Assembly: GCF_964194025.1 (NCBI RefSeq)
Contig: NC_134473.1
Location: 65,162,001-65,226,000 of the forward strand
Reading direction: 5' to 3'
DNA length: 64,000 nt
Source: Convolutriloba macropyga
Lineage: Eukaryota
The notes beneath the pieces are model-generated. The model ran no database searches and was not told where the DNA came from. It saw nothing but the letters and a program-made list of their open reading frames with translations. Below are positions 13,088 through 25,240 of this stretch, piece by piece. How positions within the stretch are numbered: position 1 is the first letter of the stretch; every line of letters starts with the position of its first letter. Position numbers and translations under genes: made by a program.

Positions 13088-15164
13088 TGGAACAATGAAG
13101 TCTGAATCGGTTGAACGCTGTACATTTAAAGTTGTGCAAAGCTGTGCAACGCTGTACATAAAACGCTTGAAAAAAATTTAATGAACAAAAATAATCAATC
13201 ACGATGATTTGCTGTAATAATTTGCGCTTCATAGTTGTTAAGAGAGCTTTTAGGTATAAAATTAAATCTCAATAAATTGGTAAGCTGTTTAGAATACTGT
13301 CGCATTTCCCAAACAAATCAGAAATTTATAACTAAAAAATTCCTAATAAACTAACTAGAAAAAAAGAAATTCTTAATAAAAAATAGTTCTGATTCAACTT
13401 CCAATCTGATGAATTTTGATCTTAATTTAATGAAAATAAACTCTCGCAATTATATTTCATAAAGAAAACTTTTATTAATTAAATCAGCACCTGCAAAATT
13501 TATTGGCAACTAAAGTTTTCCAATTTTCGGCGTCTTTCGTTTTTGTTTTAAAAAATAAAAAAGAGTGTTTATTTCCATATTTGTTTGTTTGGTCTGGGTA
13601 AATGATATAGATGTTGTTAAATGTTGTAAATCAAACAATTTAAGCAAAAATTGCGAATCATATTGTAAAATAAATCACTGCATATATTAGTTCCAGAATT
13701 AAAGTTTGTTTACAAATTCACTGATCGTAATGACTCAAGGCAAGCGGTTGACGCTTTTAAGTGCAGGTAAATTGATTGAAGCAGAGAGTAAAAAACAGAA
13801 TGAAATAAACAAATAAACAAAAAATAGACCGAAACATCGGAGGAAAACGTAAAAAAACGATCGAATTAAATGGAAATAATTTAGCAGAATGAGTTGACTT
13901 CGGTGACTATAATGAGTTAAAATCTCATCTCAATTGACCGGCTGCTCCTTATTTTGTTTCTTGTTTGTGCTCTCGTGAACAAATGGCACAAAAATGTTAA
14001 ATTAAAGCTCGACTGCTCCAGTTCTCTTTTTGTTTAAAGCAAGATGTAGGGTAAAGAAATTTTCTACGCTTGAAAAAATAAACTTCGAGTGGCTGCTAAT
14101 TGGACGGATTTTGGTCAGAACCGAAAAATACCTATGAATAATTTTGAATAGAAAACTGAGAAAGTTGGTGACGTAATAGAAAAGACAAAACAAGGGCGTG
14201 ACATTTTTTTATAATAATGGCCACATATCAGGTGTTGTAATTTTTGGGGTTTGATTTTTTTTTACTTAGACTTTAGCTATCATAACGATCATATGCGTCT
14301 AGAAGAAAATAAACAGATGTGGTAAAATTCATCTGATCTCATTATTGAGCTTAGAATTTGATTTAAACAAAGTTGGGTAAGCAACACAGAGTGTAAACTG
14401 AAAACCAAGCTAGAGTTATGAAAAAAATGCTCTGAAAATTTATGCACGATGAAAGCTGAGAAGTGTAAAAATATAATTGCAATGTTAGCAAAACTTAATG
14501 ACAGACTACTGATGCAAATGAAAGGGGAGTTTTAAATCAGTATGTAGTCAAAATTGAGCTGAGAAGAACAAGAAGGAGGCTCGGCGATGTACGTTTGCAC
14601 ATAATGTTCGAACCACGTTCATCCACACATTTAGCACTTTTAGCCTAGTTGTCTAGCAAATGAGGAACAGATGGACAAAACTCAAAAGTTCATATTTTGT
14701 TCAAATTTAACTGGTTTAGGAACAAAAAACTGCTTCAACCTCAAAATCACTAAATAAATACAATAATGTACCTATTATTATGTGCCATTAAAAAGACTAC
14801 GAGACAAGGTAGATAACGAAATTAATGCAGCTATTATTATGTTCCCTTAAAAAACTGCAAGAGAAAGCAAATAACAAAAATCAAATAAAAACAACCATCA
14901 TTAATTACCATTAAAAATCAATGTAATTAAAAAAATAACAAAAAAGTCCAAAAATCATCTGATAAAACTAACCCCGAAAGTTGTAATTTCTTATTAAAGA
15001 TATAGAATATGCCCTTAATTAACACTAGATAAAAATTAGAAAAAAGGCCACGTTAAAACATAAGCTTCAAAAGGAATTGATTTCAAAAACGGAATTGTTG
15101 TCAAAATCAGATAGCCTTAGTTACAAACTGAAATCAATGAATTGCTTCATTTTTACTTCAATAG

Positions 15165-15850
15165 GATGCCAATGAGGTCTGTTATTATCCATAATGAGTC
15201 ATCAACTACATAAAAACGTTAATTAGAGCAAAAAACAAACCATTTTGTTTAATTTTCCGAGAAAAATGTTTTGAAGCTGTGTACAGTCGAATCTATTCAC
15301 TGAAAACATTGGATATGTTCAAGTGCGTCATGAGATGTATCACTTTCAAATGAGGTATATCATTTCCAATTGTGAGACTACACTTAAAATTGGACAGAAA
15401 GAACAAAAACAAATATTTTTTGAAAAAATTGAAATTTGAACTCATGAAAACCATCAGTTATCAACTTCAATTGTCGAAAAATTTCACCTAATTTTCCAGA
15501 GTATAGAAACCTATGACGTCATTAATAAACCATAATGAGTCGTACAACAAAAATGACAAATAATGCAGAACAAAATTGAAAAATAATTCAGAGAAAAACA
15601 TTTCGGAGCAGTTAAGAGTATAATCTATTCACTGAAGAGATTAACTATGTTCCATTGCGCTTTTTTGAACAGCTACAAAGTGTTTTTTACGTGCCTTCGT
15701 TTGACTACTCAGCAATTAGACAAAAGGTACAAAATGTGTAATGCTCAAAAAAGAGTTAGTTTTATGAAAACAATTGAATTTAAAATCATGAAAACCATCA
15801 GCTATCAACTCAAATCCTCCAATATTCTCCCTTTAACAATCCTGACAAGT
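15165..15850. repeat. Diverged tandem duplication, ~345-bp unit x2
   Basis: CCATAATGAGTC, AATCTATTCACTGAA and CATGAAAACCATCAG.TATCAACT recur with ~345-bp spacing. Confidence 0.7.
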
Positions 15851-16346
15851 TTTTGAGACATCTGTCAGTATTCAGAATACGCCACATGCCTACAAACGAA
15901 AAAAACGGAAATTACAGAAAAATTCAAAAACCCTAATAAGATAGCTAAAAAGATTAGGTAACAAGTTGACATAAAAGAAGGAAAAGTTTAAATTTTTAGA
16001 AAACAGCAAATACAAGTCGCGAAAAACCTTAACAATGGACTGAAATTTTAAAATAGTTTTATCTATCCCCCGAAAAAAAGCCGTTTTGGTTTGAAATTGG
16101 AAAGAATATGGCATACCTCTACGGAAAGAAAAAAAATACTGACATGAACAAACATTCTTATCAATTTTGTGAGCAAACGGCGTCAAAGACGTTAAAACCA
16201 CAAACTGTTCAAAAAATAATTGCCATTTCTAAGCAAAAAAAATTCATGCAAGATCAAAATATCAGATTTATCGAACCTGTTATCAATGTGATTTATTTGT
16301 TAAGGCGAAAACATAAGCATCAAAACCGAACAAACATATAAGACTC

Positions 16347-16738
16347 TGTCGTACTTTATTATTTTGCTGTGGTGATTCGCGTTGCGGGTATGCAGACGGA
16401 ATGTTTATGAGCGATTCGCGAAGCGAGATCTACTTTAACTTTTGTTTCGCTTACTTGCGGAGCGGGAGAACAAGAGACAGTTTTGCAAACTGAATTGAGT
16501 TGCATAAATTAGGAGGAATGAATTTAACAGATTGGAGCCACTTGGGCACAACATGAATACGTGATCAGACATGTCTGATCACGAAGCGGGAAACTATCAG
16601 ACAATGGAATGAAATCATAAGGTAAACAAATTGAACAAAGTTAGTGAAGGTGAAAGTAATTGAACTAATTTAAAGGCATCAAATAAATTTTACTGCAACG
16701 ATTAAATAAAATGAATAAATATACCACCAGGTATCACA
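16347..16738 (-). repeat. 3' LTR of the Gypsy element (392 bp)
   Basis: Differs from 22804-23195 at only 2 positions by eye. Preceded on the minus strand by a short purine tract GAAGGGTA. Confidence 0.97.
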
Positions 16739-16921
16739 TACCCTTCACAGCAAGAAGAAAAATTGTAATATATAATTTTTCAGAGATAATTAATAAAAAC
16801 AATATTTACAAATTAATACAAGGTCCCCGGTTAAATAGATAATATCAATATATTTGCTGGTTATCATAACTAAAAATACGATGATTAATAGAATATAAAA
16901 TGTCTTTTCAGTTTTCGAGTT

Positions 16922-19900
16922 TTACAAGGTCCAATCTTCATTTTCATAATCTTGTTCCTCTGCATCAAGAGCAGTCATAGATCTAGCCAATGTCGGGGTG
17001 TCCGTCTCTAGCAAAGGTACATTTCGTACCGCGGGAGGCGAGACAGAACCAATCTGAGGTGACACGTTTTGCTCTTCGGGTTGGATTTCCAAGATTTGTT
17101 GTACCGATTCGACAACGGTGACAGGTGGTGCAAAATTTTCGACATCACCCGCTCGTCGGGGTTGTTTAGGTGGTGGTAGGATGTCTGATCCTGGAGATGA
17201 CGTTTCGAAACCATAATATGACGGGCTTCGCCTATTACGGTCAGAAGATCGTTTTGAAGATGCTGTTGCGGGTGGATCAGTAGGCGCATTTGTAGTCGGT
17301 TCGCTGATCTCGAGTGGAGGTTGTGCGTTTCGGATTGCGGCGAAATTTGGCAATTTTGGAACTCGCCCCCGCATCGCGCGAGAAATGTTTGAGGGCTGTG
17401 AAGAGACTCCGCTGCCCGGCTCTCTCTTCCTATGTTTCATCTTTTTATCACCCTTTTGCTTTCGGGTGAACTCTTTAATGTGGCTGTGGATCAGCTCTTC
17501 GACGGTTTTCTCCCCAGAACGTGGCCCGCGTCTGTCAGCATATACTTTTAATGGAGTCTGTCTCTCCTGTTGGGTGCCGAATTTGGCAATATCGCTATTG
17601 CGGACGGTAACAATTTGTTTGCCCGGCTCCTTGATGGTCGATGTAGTCGGGCTTACTTTTAGGATGTGCGATCCTGGGGCGAGAACCTCATAAAGACCTT
17701 CAAGTTTCTTCTTGGATCGTCTTTTGCCGTGAATTTTGCGAGCCAAGTTTAACTCTACCGATCGTTCTTTTAGGGGAATGGGGCGGATTGCTTTTGTTTT
17801 GAGGAATCTGGATTCGCCATCCGTGCTCGCCCTCTCTCTTGCGCATGCTTCCGTTGTGGCGCGTGTCATGCCCTTTTCGACTTCAATGTTGCTTCGGTAT
17901 CCACTTATCCATTTGTCGTCAGGCAATATTTCCTCCGGCATCACTGTTTCTTCGTCTAAATAGTGATTTATGATACCCTTATACGACAAATTCATCAAAT
18001 TCGGTTTAGTTGCAATCACGCTTAGCGGGGTATTAGGTTTTCTCCCAAAATGTGCTTCGAAGGGCGAGATCTTTGTTGTTCTTTGTTTACATATTTGCAA
18101 TTGGTGAATGATTATCTTTAATGCATGCTTTACATGAAAGGCGTGTGCAGCTAATTTCTCTTCATTGATACATGCGAGTCTATTCTTAATTGTTTGAATT
18201 AATCGTTCCACCAACCCAATAGCACGGTGATCATTTACAGGCGCTTCAATAATTTCAATGTTGTTTTTATTGCAAAAAGTCTTTACTTGATGTCCAATTA
18301 AACATTTAGCTTGGTCTAAACGGATAGATCTTGGAATTCCGTGAGTTTCGATGTACATGTCCAAAATTTTTATAACATTTGGTCCATTAGCTTTTTCGTA
18401 CATATATGCAGTTGGATATTTAGAAAAACGGTCAATTGCTGCCAAAAAATATACTTCATTGTTCTTTTTATCAAAAATTGATCCCCCAAAATCGATTTGA
18501 TTTTCCTGATTAGGTTCAACACATGGTATATGAGGAGTAAATTGCTTAGCGGGAATTACGGATTTTAGATTCTTACCAAGTACTGTGCACGGTTTGCACT
18601 CAGTGGCCTTGACTATTAGCTCCCGATGCATGTAAGGCCACCAGCAATGTGTTGCCATACAAATCATGCCCCATGTACCTGGATGGCTGGCATGAATATC
18701 ATCTGTGAGTGCTTCGCGAAGCACGTTGGGGATAGCTACCTTCTCGTCTATGCATACGCACCCGGAGCGCACGTGAAGGTCCCTCCAGTACAAATGTATG
18801 TACGGGTTGATGGCTTTTAATCGGGCTTCGTTATTTGTCAGTATGCAATCCCTGACTTCTTTTAAGACGGCATCTTTGCTAGTTAGAGAAGCGATGAGCG
18901 TTTTACTGAATATCTTTGATACTATATAATCAAACGTGGGGACGTGCGGGCTCGGCGTTAACGGGGTACTAGCATTCGAAGAATGGGTTGGGGATGTTGG
19001 GGTTATGTTGTGTGCCATGCTTGTTGCCGGCGGAATACTAATGGTTTGCGGGCGTTGATTTGCTGTGCGGGGTGTAGATGTTGAATTAGATCGCGTACTC
19101 GCGGTGCGCGTGACGTTTTCACTGGTTGAGGGTTGATCCGCTGCGCGGGATGTATCGTTGAATCGTACTCTGGTTATTCTTTTCTTTGACGGCATACTGT
19201 TAGCTATTAAATTGATGTCTTTAATTATGGATGATGATTTATTTAAGTTTTTGAGATAAGAAGAATGCGACTGAATTCTAGATCGACAAGGGGCAAAAAG
19301 CACTGATTTGAATTCTGGGTGGTGACTTTTGGAGTTATTTTCGGAATGTGATTCGATTGGCGGGATTTGTAATTGAGTAATTTGATGCTTGTGCTGCGCG
19401 TATGCCACTTTATTCCTAATTTGGATTAATTGTTTGTTATTACTGGTGTTTTGCAGAGCGTGAGGAGTGCTAAGTGGATTTTGAGACGCGAGTGGTGCAT
19501 ATTTTAAATTGTTTAATTGGTAACTACTATTTGAGGTATGATTTCGCGGAGCGAGTGAATGACTAAATACATGTTCGCATACTTGCATAGCGCGTGTGCT
19601 AATTGAATTTATTGAGTTATTAAGAGACTCAAATTTAGGTGTGAATTGGTGTGCGGAGTTATGTGTCTCAATTTTAGGTGTGTTTTGCAGGTCGAGTGTA
19701 TGATTTGTTAGTAACTGGTGTAAACGTGATGTGGGGTGTTCAGTTTTTAATTCTAATGTGTTAATTGATTTCGAGATTAGTTTCAACTTTGCGACTATAA
19801 ATTCTTCATCATATGTGGAGACCTTTTTAGCTTTTTGAGATGGATTGCGAGAAATATAATCTACCAAACCCATTTTTGCCCCAGGAAGGTGTTCAATATC

Positions 19901-19978
19901 AAATTGAAAAGGGAGAAGACGATCTACCCATCGGGTTAATCTACTGTTGTAGGATTTATTAGATCGGTGTTCTTTCAT
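16922..19978 (-). CDS. pol: Gypsy pol 3' part: end of RNase H, long low-complexity linker, integrase (HHCC + DDE), C-terminal extension
   Basis: RLTRWVDRLLPFQFDIEHLPG (RH end), HASHPG...CKPC zinc finger, IDFGG / RLDQAK / IGLVERLIQTIK catalytic motifs, SPFEAHFGR. Fragment of an interrupted polyprotein. Confidence 0.9.
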   Translation of the reverse strand: MKEHRSNKSYNSRLTRWVDRLLPFQFDIEHLPGAKMGLVDYISRNPSQKAKKVSTYDEEFIVAKLKLISKSINTLELKTEHPTSRLHQLLTNHTLDLQNTPKIETHNSAHQFTPKFESLNNSINSISTRAMQVCEHVFSHSLAPRNHTSNSSYQLNNLKYAPLASQNPLSTPHALQNTSNNKQLIQIRNKVAYAQHKHQITQLQIPPIESHSENNSKSHHPEFKSVLFAPCRSRIQSHSSYLKNLNKSSSIIKDINLIANSMPSKKRITRVRFNDTSRAADQPSTSENVTRTASTRSNSTSTPRTANQRPQTISIPPATSMAHNITPTSPTHSSNASTPLTPSPHVPTFDYIVSKIFSKTLIASLTSKDAVLKEVRDCILTNNEARLKAINPYIHLYWRDLHVRSGCVCIDEKVAIPNVLREALTDDIHASHPGTWGMICMATHCWWPYMHRELIVKATECKPCTVLGKNLKSVIPAKQFTPHIPCVEPNQENQIDFGGSIFDKKNNEVYFLAAIDRFSKYPTAYMYEKANGPNVIKILDMYIETHGIPRSIRLDQAKCLIGHQVKTFCNKNNIEIIEAPVNDHRAIGLVERLIQTIKNRLACINEEKLAAHAFHVKHALKIIIHQLQICKQRTTKISPFEAHFGRKPNTPLSVIATKPNLMNLSYKGIINHYLDEETVMPEEILPDDKWISGYRSNIEVEKGMTRATTEACARERASTDGESRFLKTKAIRPIPLKERSVELNLARKIHGKRRSKKKLEGLYEVLAPGSHILKVSPTTSTIKEPGKQIVTVRNSDIAKFGTQQERQTPLKVYADRRGPRSGEKTVEELIHSHIKEFTRKQKGDKKMKHRKREPGSGVSSQPSNISRAMRGRVPKLPNFAAIRNAQPPLEISEPTTNAPTDPPATASSKRSSDRNRRSPSYYGFETSSPGSDILPPPKQPRRAGDVENFAPPVTVVESVQQILEIQPEEQNVSPQIGSVSPPAVRNVPLLETDTPTLARSMTALDAEEQDYENEDWTL

Positions 19979-21700
19979 AATTGAGAGAAGTGCTCTGTGA
20001 TCAGTAATTACTTTAAATTATTTTCCATACAGATAATTTTTGAAATATTCTGTGGACCAGACTACACCCAAAAGTTCAAGTTCGTTTACGCCATAGCGCT
20101 CCTCGCATGAGTTTAAAAATCGAGACGCGAACGCAATTGGTTTCCACCCATCTACAGTTAATTGTTCGAGTGCCGCACCAAGACTTGACCGAGATGCGTC
20201 GCATTTCACGCGTGTTTCGAGTTGCGGGTTGTATTGACTATTAGCAGTAGCGTTCGCTATGCGGGTTTTTATTTCTTGGAAACAATTTTCATGCTCAGTC
20301 GTCCAAATGATTTTTGAAGACTTTCTCAGTAGCTGACGAAGGGGGTGGCTTATTTGGGCTAAATTTGGGATGAATTTCCCAATATAATGGACGGATCCCA
20401 AAAATCAACGGAGTTTCTTTAATGTTTTCGGTGCATCAAGAGCCGAAATTGCCGCAGTCTTAGATTCGAGAGGCGAGATACCCTCTTGTGATATATGATA
20501 CCCAAGCCAGTCAATTTCTGGTTTTCCAAAGTGACATTTAGGTAAATTTATCCTAAGGTTTTCATCATCTAAACGTTGTAGGCACTTCATGACCTAATTT
20601 TTGTGATTATTCAAAGACCCTTTGCTAACAATTAAAATATCATCCAGAAAGCAATATGTATTTTCCAAGCCAATTAAAGTATAATCCATAGCTTTTTGAA
20701 ATTCTGCTGGCATATCTGTAAGTCCGTAAAATCCTGTTTGAAATCTATACGTGCCACTCATATCACCACTAATTATATTAAAGTTGCAATGATTAGCTGT
20801 AATAACATCCAAATTCAATTGACTGTATGCGTATTTCAGATCGATCGTAGAAAAGTAAGTTGTGTTTTGCGAGGCGGGAGCGCTTATTTGTTGAGAAATT
20901 GATTCAATGAGCGTATCAATATTCGGCATTTGATATTTGTTTTTGTGGATAGCTTTATTTAAAACTTTTGAATCCAATGCAAGCTTTATCGTTTGGTCTT
21001 TTTTAACAGTCACCACGATAGTTGAAATGAAATAATTATCTGGGCAGCTCGACAGTTTTATAATGTGTTTTTCGGCTAATAATTTTCGAAGTTCTGTATT
21101 AACTTTGTCTTGGAGATTGATAGGAATTCGTCTACCTTTTTGGTGTCTAGCTTGGAAATTCTTGTGAAATTTAGATTTTGCTACATGATTTTTTTGATCG
21201 TCCGATGCGTGATACCAAACCAGGGAATTTTGTGGCTATTTGCTCTTTAAATTCCGAGGATGCAATGTTATTGACATAATTACCTTTTCGAAGTGTTGAT
21301 TGCGTTACTGCAAGTCCAAGTTGGTCGAACAAATCACGACCAATTAAGGACTTTAAGCCGTCAGCAACAACGGTGAAGGTTGCTGTGTTGTATAACCATC
21401 CTTTGCTTGTGATCCGAGCTTGGATTTTTCCCAGTACCTGTATTGGCTCGTTAGAGAAATTTCGTAGTTGTGCTGGTGACGATTCGTGGATCCAGAAAGC
21501 GCGGGGGCTGTCCTGTACTACTTAGGACGCGAGTGAATGATGCAATATACTGCATGCACTCCCGGAGTCCACTAGCAGAGTTGTATTAACGTTTCCAATC
21601 TTGAGTGGCATATTGAGGGGTTCAACTTTCTCTACTGCGGAATCAATCATGGCAACTGTGTTGTCCTCTTCGCCGCTGCTGTAATCAGATTCATAGAGTT
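19979..21700 (-). pseudogene. pol: Gypsy pol 5' part: aspartic protease, RT and RNase H, broken by stops and frameshifts
   Basis: LLVDSGSACSIL (PR), IDLKYAYSQ / FYGL / FLDDILI (RT), CDAS...ELELLGVVW (RH). Stops near 21522, 20594 and 20018; frameshifts near 21190 and 20403. Confidence 0.9.
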
Positions 21701-22804
21701 TTGACGGTTGAACAAAGTTTACTGAGTCCTCTAGATGTGGATCTTCTTCCACTACCCGAATCATCTTTTTCTTGGGATCTTGTGGTTTTGGGTTGATGGT
21801 CTTTTGTTGTTTGCTGCAGATTTTCGCAAAGTGGTTTAACAATCCGCAATTGTTGCACGTCTTTCCTTTTGCGATGCATTTTTCGCGATGATTTGGGAGC
21901 CAAATTCCACCACAGTTGGAACAGTTGAGTGTTGATCTATTATTCTGTCTTGCAGCATTGTTATTGTTGTTCTGTCAATACGGTCTTCGTGAATTGTTGT
22001 TGAACTGTACGGCATTTACGTTCGCCGGGACAACAATTTTGTTATGTTGTTGAATTTGGTGTTGATTTCGCATTCCGAGTTCCATGTTGATTGCCAATTC
22101 CAATGCTTGACGCGGTTCCACAGTTTGTTTTAGTAGCTCTTTTTGAATCTCAGGATCGATCAGGTTTGTGATGAACACATCGCGTATCAGAGTTTCTTCT
22201 TTGTTCTCAAAGTCGCAGTTTACTGCCAGTTCTTTTAATTTACCGTAGAAGTGTTCAACAGTTTCCCCCCTGAGTTGTTTTGTGACCAGAAAGACGTGTC
22301 TATCAAATGTTATGTTACGCGGGCGGATGAATGCTTCTTCTACGATTTTCCAGAAATTAAGAGTTGATAGTGTATCTATCATAATATGCGGGTTCTTACA
22401 ATTTAAGATACGGCGTACCTCTATTCCAATACTCAAGTAGAGAAGAGACACTGATTTTCGGTCCGCCAACGACCACGGTTTGTCACCACACATTATGCCT
22501 ATCTCGATGAGTCGTTGGCATTTGTTTTGCCAATTCATTTTTGTTGCGCGTTGCGCGCGTTCCTTTCCCTCTCTGATTGTGCAGATGCACCCACAATAGT
22601 CTCTTCATAGATGGGTTCCAAGGGTAGCTCCACCATTTCAGGCTTCGGGCCGAGTAGCGTGTCCAGGATGATATTCTCTTTGGCTAAGAGCGCTAATTGG
22701 TATTGAACTCTCCACTTCTCCCAGCGAAGTGGTGGGTCCGGTGTCGGTTTGTCCCAGAAAGGGTCGATTCCAAGAGGTGTTCTTTTCGTTGCTGGCTGCG
22801 CCAT
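21700..22804 (-). pseudogene. gag: Gypsy gag with paired CCHC knuckles, frameshifted
   Basis: ORFs 22535-22804 and 21975-22538 join across a 1-nt frameshift in an A-run. Motifs Q..GETVEHF..KLKELAVNCDF and LIRDVFI; knuckles CSNCGG...HREKCIAKGKTCNNCGLLNHFAKIC. Confidence 0.88.
22790..22803 (-). promoter_or_regulatory. Primer-binding site, tRNA-Ser(TGA)-like
   Basis: TGGCGCAGCCAGCA directly follows the 5' LTR. It is near-complementary to the animal tRNA-Ser(TGA) 3' end as I recall it (TGCTCGCTGCGCCA). Confidence 0.65.
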
Positions 22805-23195
22805 GTCGTACTTTATTATTTTGCTGTGGTGATTCGCGTTGCGGGTATGCAGACGGAATGTTTATGAGCGATTCGCGAAGCGAGATCTACTTTAACTTTT
22901 GTTTCGCTTACTTGCGGAGCGGGAGAACAAGAGACAGTTTTGCAAACTGAATTGAGTTGCATAAATTAGGAGGAATGAATTTAACAGATTGGAGCCACTT
23001 GGGCACAACGTGAATACGTGATCAGACATGTCTGATCACGAAGCGGGAAACTATCAGACAATGGAATGAAATCATAAGGTAAACAAATTGAACAAAGTTA
23101 GTGAAGGTGAAAGTAATTGAACTAATTTAAAGGCATCAAATAAATTTTACTGCAATGATTAAATAAAATGAATAAATATACCACCAGGTATCACA
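22804..23195 (-). repeat. 5' LTR of the Gypsy element (392 bp)
   Basis: Direct repeat of 16347-16738, adjacent to the PBS. Confidence 0.97.
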
Positions 23196-24900
23196 GACTC
23201 AGAGAAAAAACTTAGTAAAACTCGTAGTATCCAAGCCAAAATTTTTCCAAAACACAAAGTAAAAAAAATTATGTCATGAAGAAGGTAAAAAAGCTTCTCT
23301 GCTGATACTGAGCTATAGTTTGTTTAACAGAAATAAGATTTAAAACAGAAAAAGCTTAATAAAGTGTTTTCTTGTCAAAATTTTTCAACAATTATAACAA
23401 GCTTGAGATTTCAACAGAAACATACTAGATGGCTTATTTTTTAACTCCATCTAAGACCCAATGAACCTTTAAAGGAAGAGAATAAATCATTAAACAAAAA
23501 AACACCCATTAATACAGACTGAACTCAAGCCATTTCACCAACAATTTTACGTTGAAACTGAATTAGAGCCAAAAACCCCTTATCTTTTATCTGAAATTAC
23601 AAGAAATGTTACTTGGTTCCTAGTGGGCAGAAGAAGGGATTTATTAATAAGTGAATAATTGAGTCGTGATCCGAAAAAATTTTGGTCTGCAATTACCAAG
23701 AAAGAAGAAAAAAGTTTGAAAAAAATCAAAAAAGACAGCACCCAATTAATCCAAAATCTTCGGATTTTTAGAATCGTCGATTGGCCCTGAACCAGACATG
23801 TCAATTCTACACCTGTTTTTTCAAGCGCGTAATTTGTTACAGTTTTCTAGATCTGAATAATTTGACAAACAATAGTCAAAATCAATTGATTCAATTTGGT
23901 TAATTATGTTGTTAAATTAGCAAAAATAACAAATTCTTTATTCTACGAAATCCTCCGAAGAACCTGATGTAGACACTGTTCTTGGTGCAAATTGCACATA
24001 TCTAGAAAACATTTTTTTCTATACTTACGTTAAATTAAAACAAAGTGGGCTAGCGTTGCAAATTTCACAAAATTTTCTGGAAGAAAGTTCCTATTAGTCA
24101 ATTTTTTCGTCAAAAATTTTGATCAAATGGTGGAGCAAAACGCTTATATCAAAAAAACTCTAACCAATAAAAATTTTTAGACTCTCATTTACTCACTTCT
24201 TGCAAAACTCTCGTGAAAAATCCAGAAAAAGAGAACAGAAGCAACTCAAATAGTGAAAGGTTCACGAAAATTTTAGACTCAATAGCTACCCGGAAAAATT
24301 GAAAAAGTTTTTTTAAAGTCCAAATTCTACATTGAAAGAGCTTTTCATTTATACCACTGAGAACTCTTTACGATGAATATATCGATCCGTCAAATTTGAC
24401 TGCACAAAAAAGACCAATTTGATTATTTAGTTCCCATCCCCCAGTAAAAAAGGGGTCAGAACAATTAGAAGTTTCATCAAATCGTTGTCCTGTACAACAA
24501 TTCTGTTTGAAATATTAAAATTATTTTCAGAAGGCAAAATTACGGGGATGAGGAAAATCGTTTTGCAAGATATCTCTTGGTATTCGAAACCCGATTGTCG
24601 ATGTTGAGGGTTTAAAAAATGTCCCAATTGACCATTTGAAGGGTCCATTATTCCAAATTATGTTAAAGATTATCGAAAACTTATTTGACGAGATGCCTAA
24701 CACTTAGACGATGAATAAAAAACTTGCAACAATCCTGTAAGGCAATCTTCCAAGTGAAGGCATAACGTTACCAATATTCTTGTTCTTGCGAAGTTTTCGA
24801 TTCACTTGCCAGACGTCTTGCAAGTTCTTGGATTCACTTACAAAAAGTCTTGCAATTTTTTTGTTCAGCAATTTTTTGTTTAGCAGTGCGCTAGATTTTG

Positions 24901-25240
24901 CATGAGCTTTTGTAACTTCTTTGACGACTACAGAGTGTGCATTACTGAGCTCCAGAAGAGGCGCACCTGATCTAGCCGCCAAAATATGACTCAAAAAGCT
25001 AAGATTATTGCACGAAGGGGTCCGAAACAAGTATGGGGGTTCATCGCTTTGTAGAAATAAACAAAAAACATAAAAATTAACATCTAAATCCACCAGAAAA
25101 GGGGCCAATGAGGGTTAAGTTCATAGTACTGAAGAAAGAATGAAGGAAAGCTTTTGCATGAGTCTTTGTAACTTCTTTGACGACAACAGCATTAGTGAGC
25201 TCCATATTGAGTGCAGAGCGCACCTGACCTAGCCGCCAAA
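24901..25240. repeat. ~80-bp direct repeat pair (24901-24983 and 25157-25240)
   Basis: CATGAG..TTTGTAACTTCTTTGACGAC...GCGCACCTGA.CTAGCCGCCAAA occurs twice. Confidence 0.8.

Larger units (their letters stand above)
16347..23195 (-). mobile_element. Full-length Ty3/Gypsy LTR retrotransposon (Mag-like), ORFs disrupted
   Basis: Two 392-bp LTRs (TG...CA) and a 5-bp TSD GACTC (16342-16346, 23196-23200). PBS TGGCGCAGCCAGCA. Domain order gag-PR-RT-RH-IN. Confidence 0.97.

Noticed and set aside
17385-17963. Antisense ORFs over the Gypsy and BEL pol regions
   Set aside because: Shadow ORFs of the coding strand with no independent motifs.
22530-22545. Programmed ribosomal frameshift in Gypsy gag
   Set aside because: It falls mid-gag in an A-run; a 1-nt deletion or assembly error is the simpler explanation.
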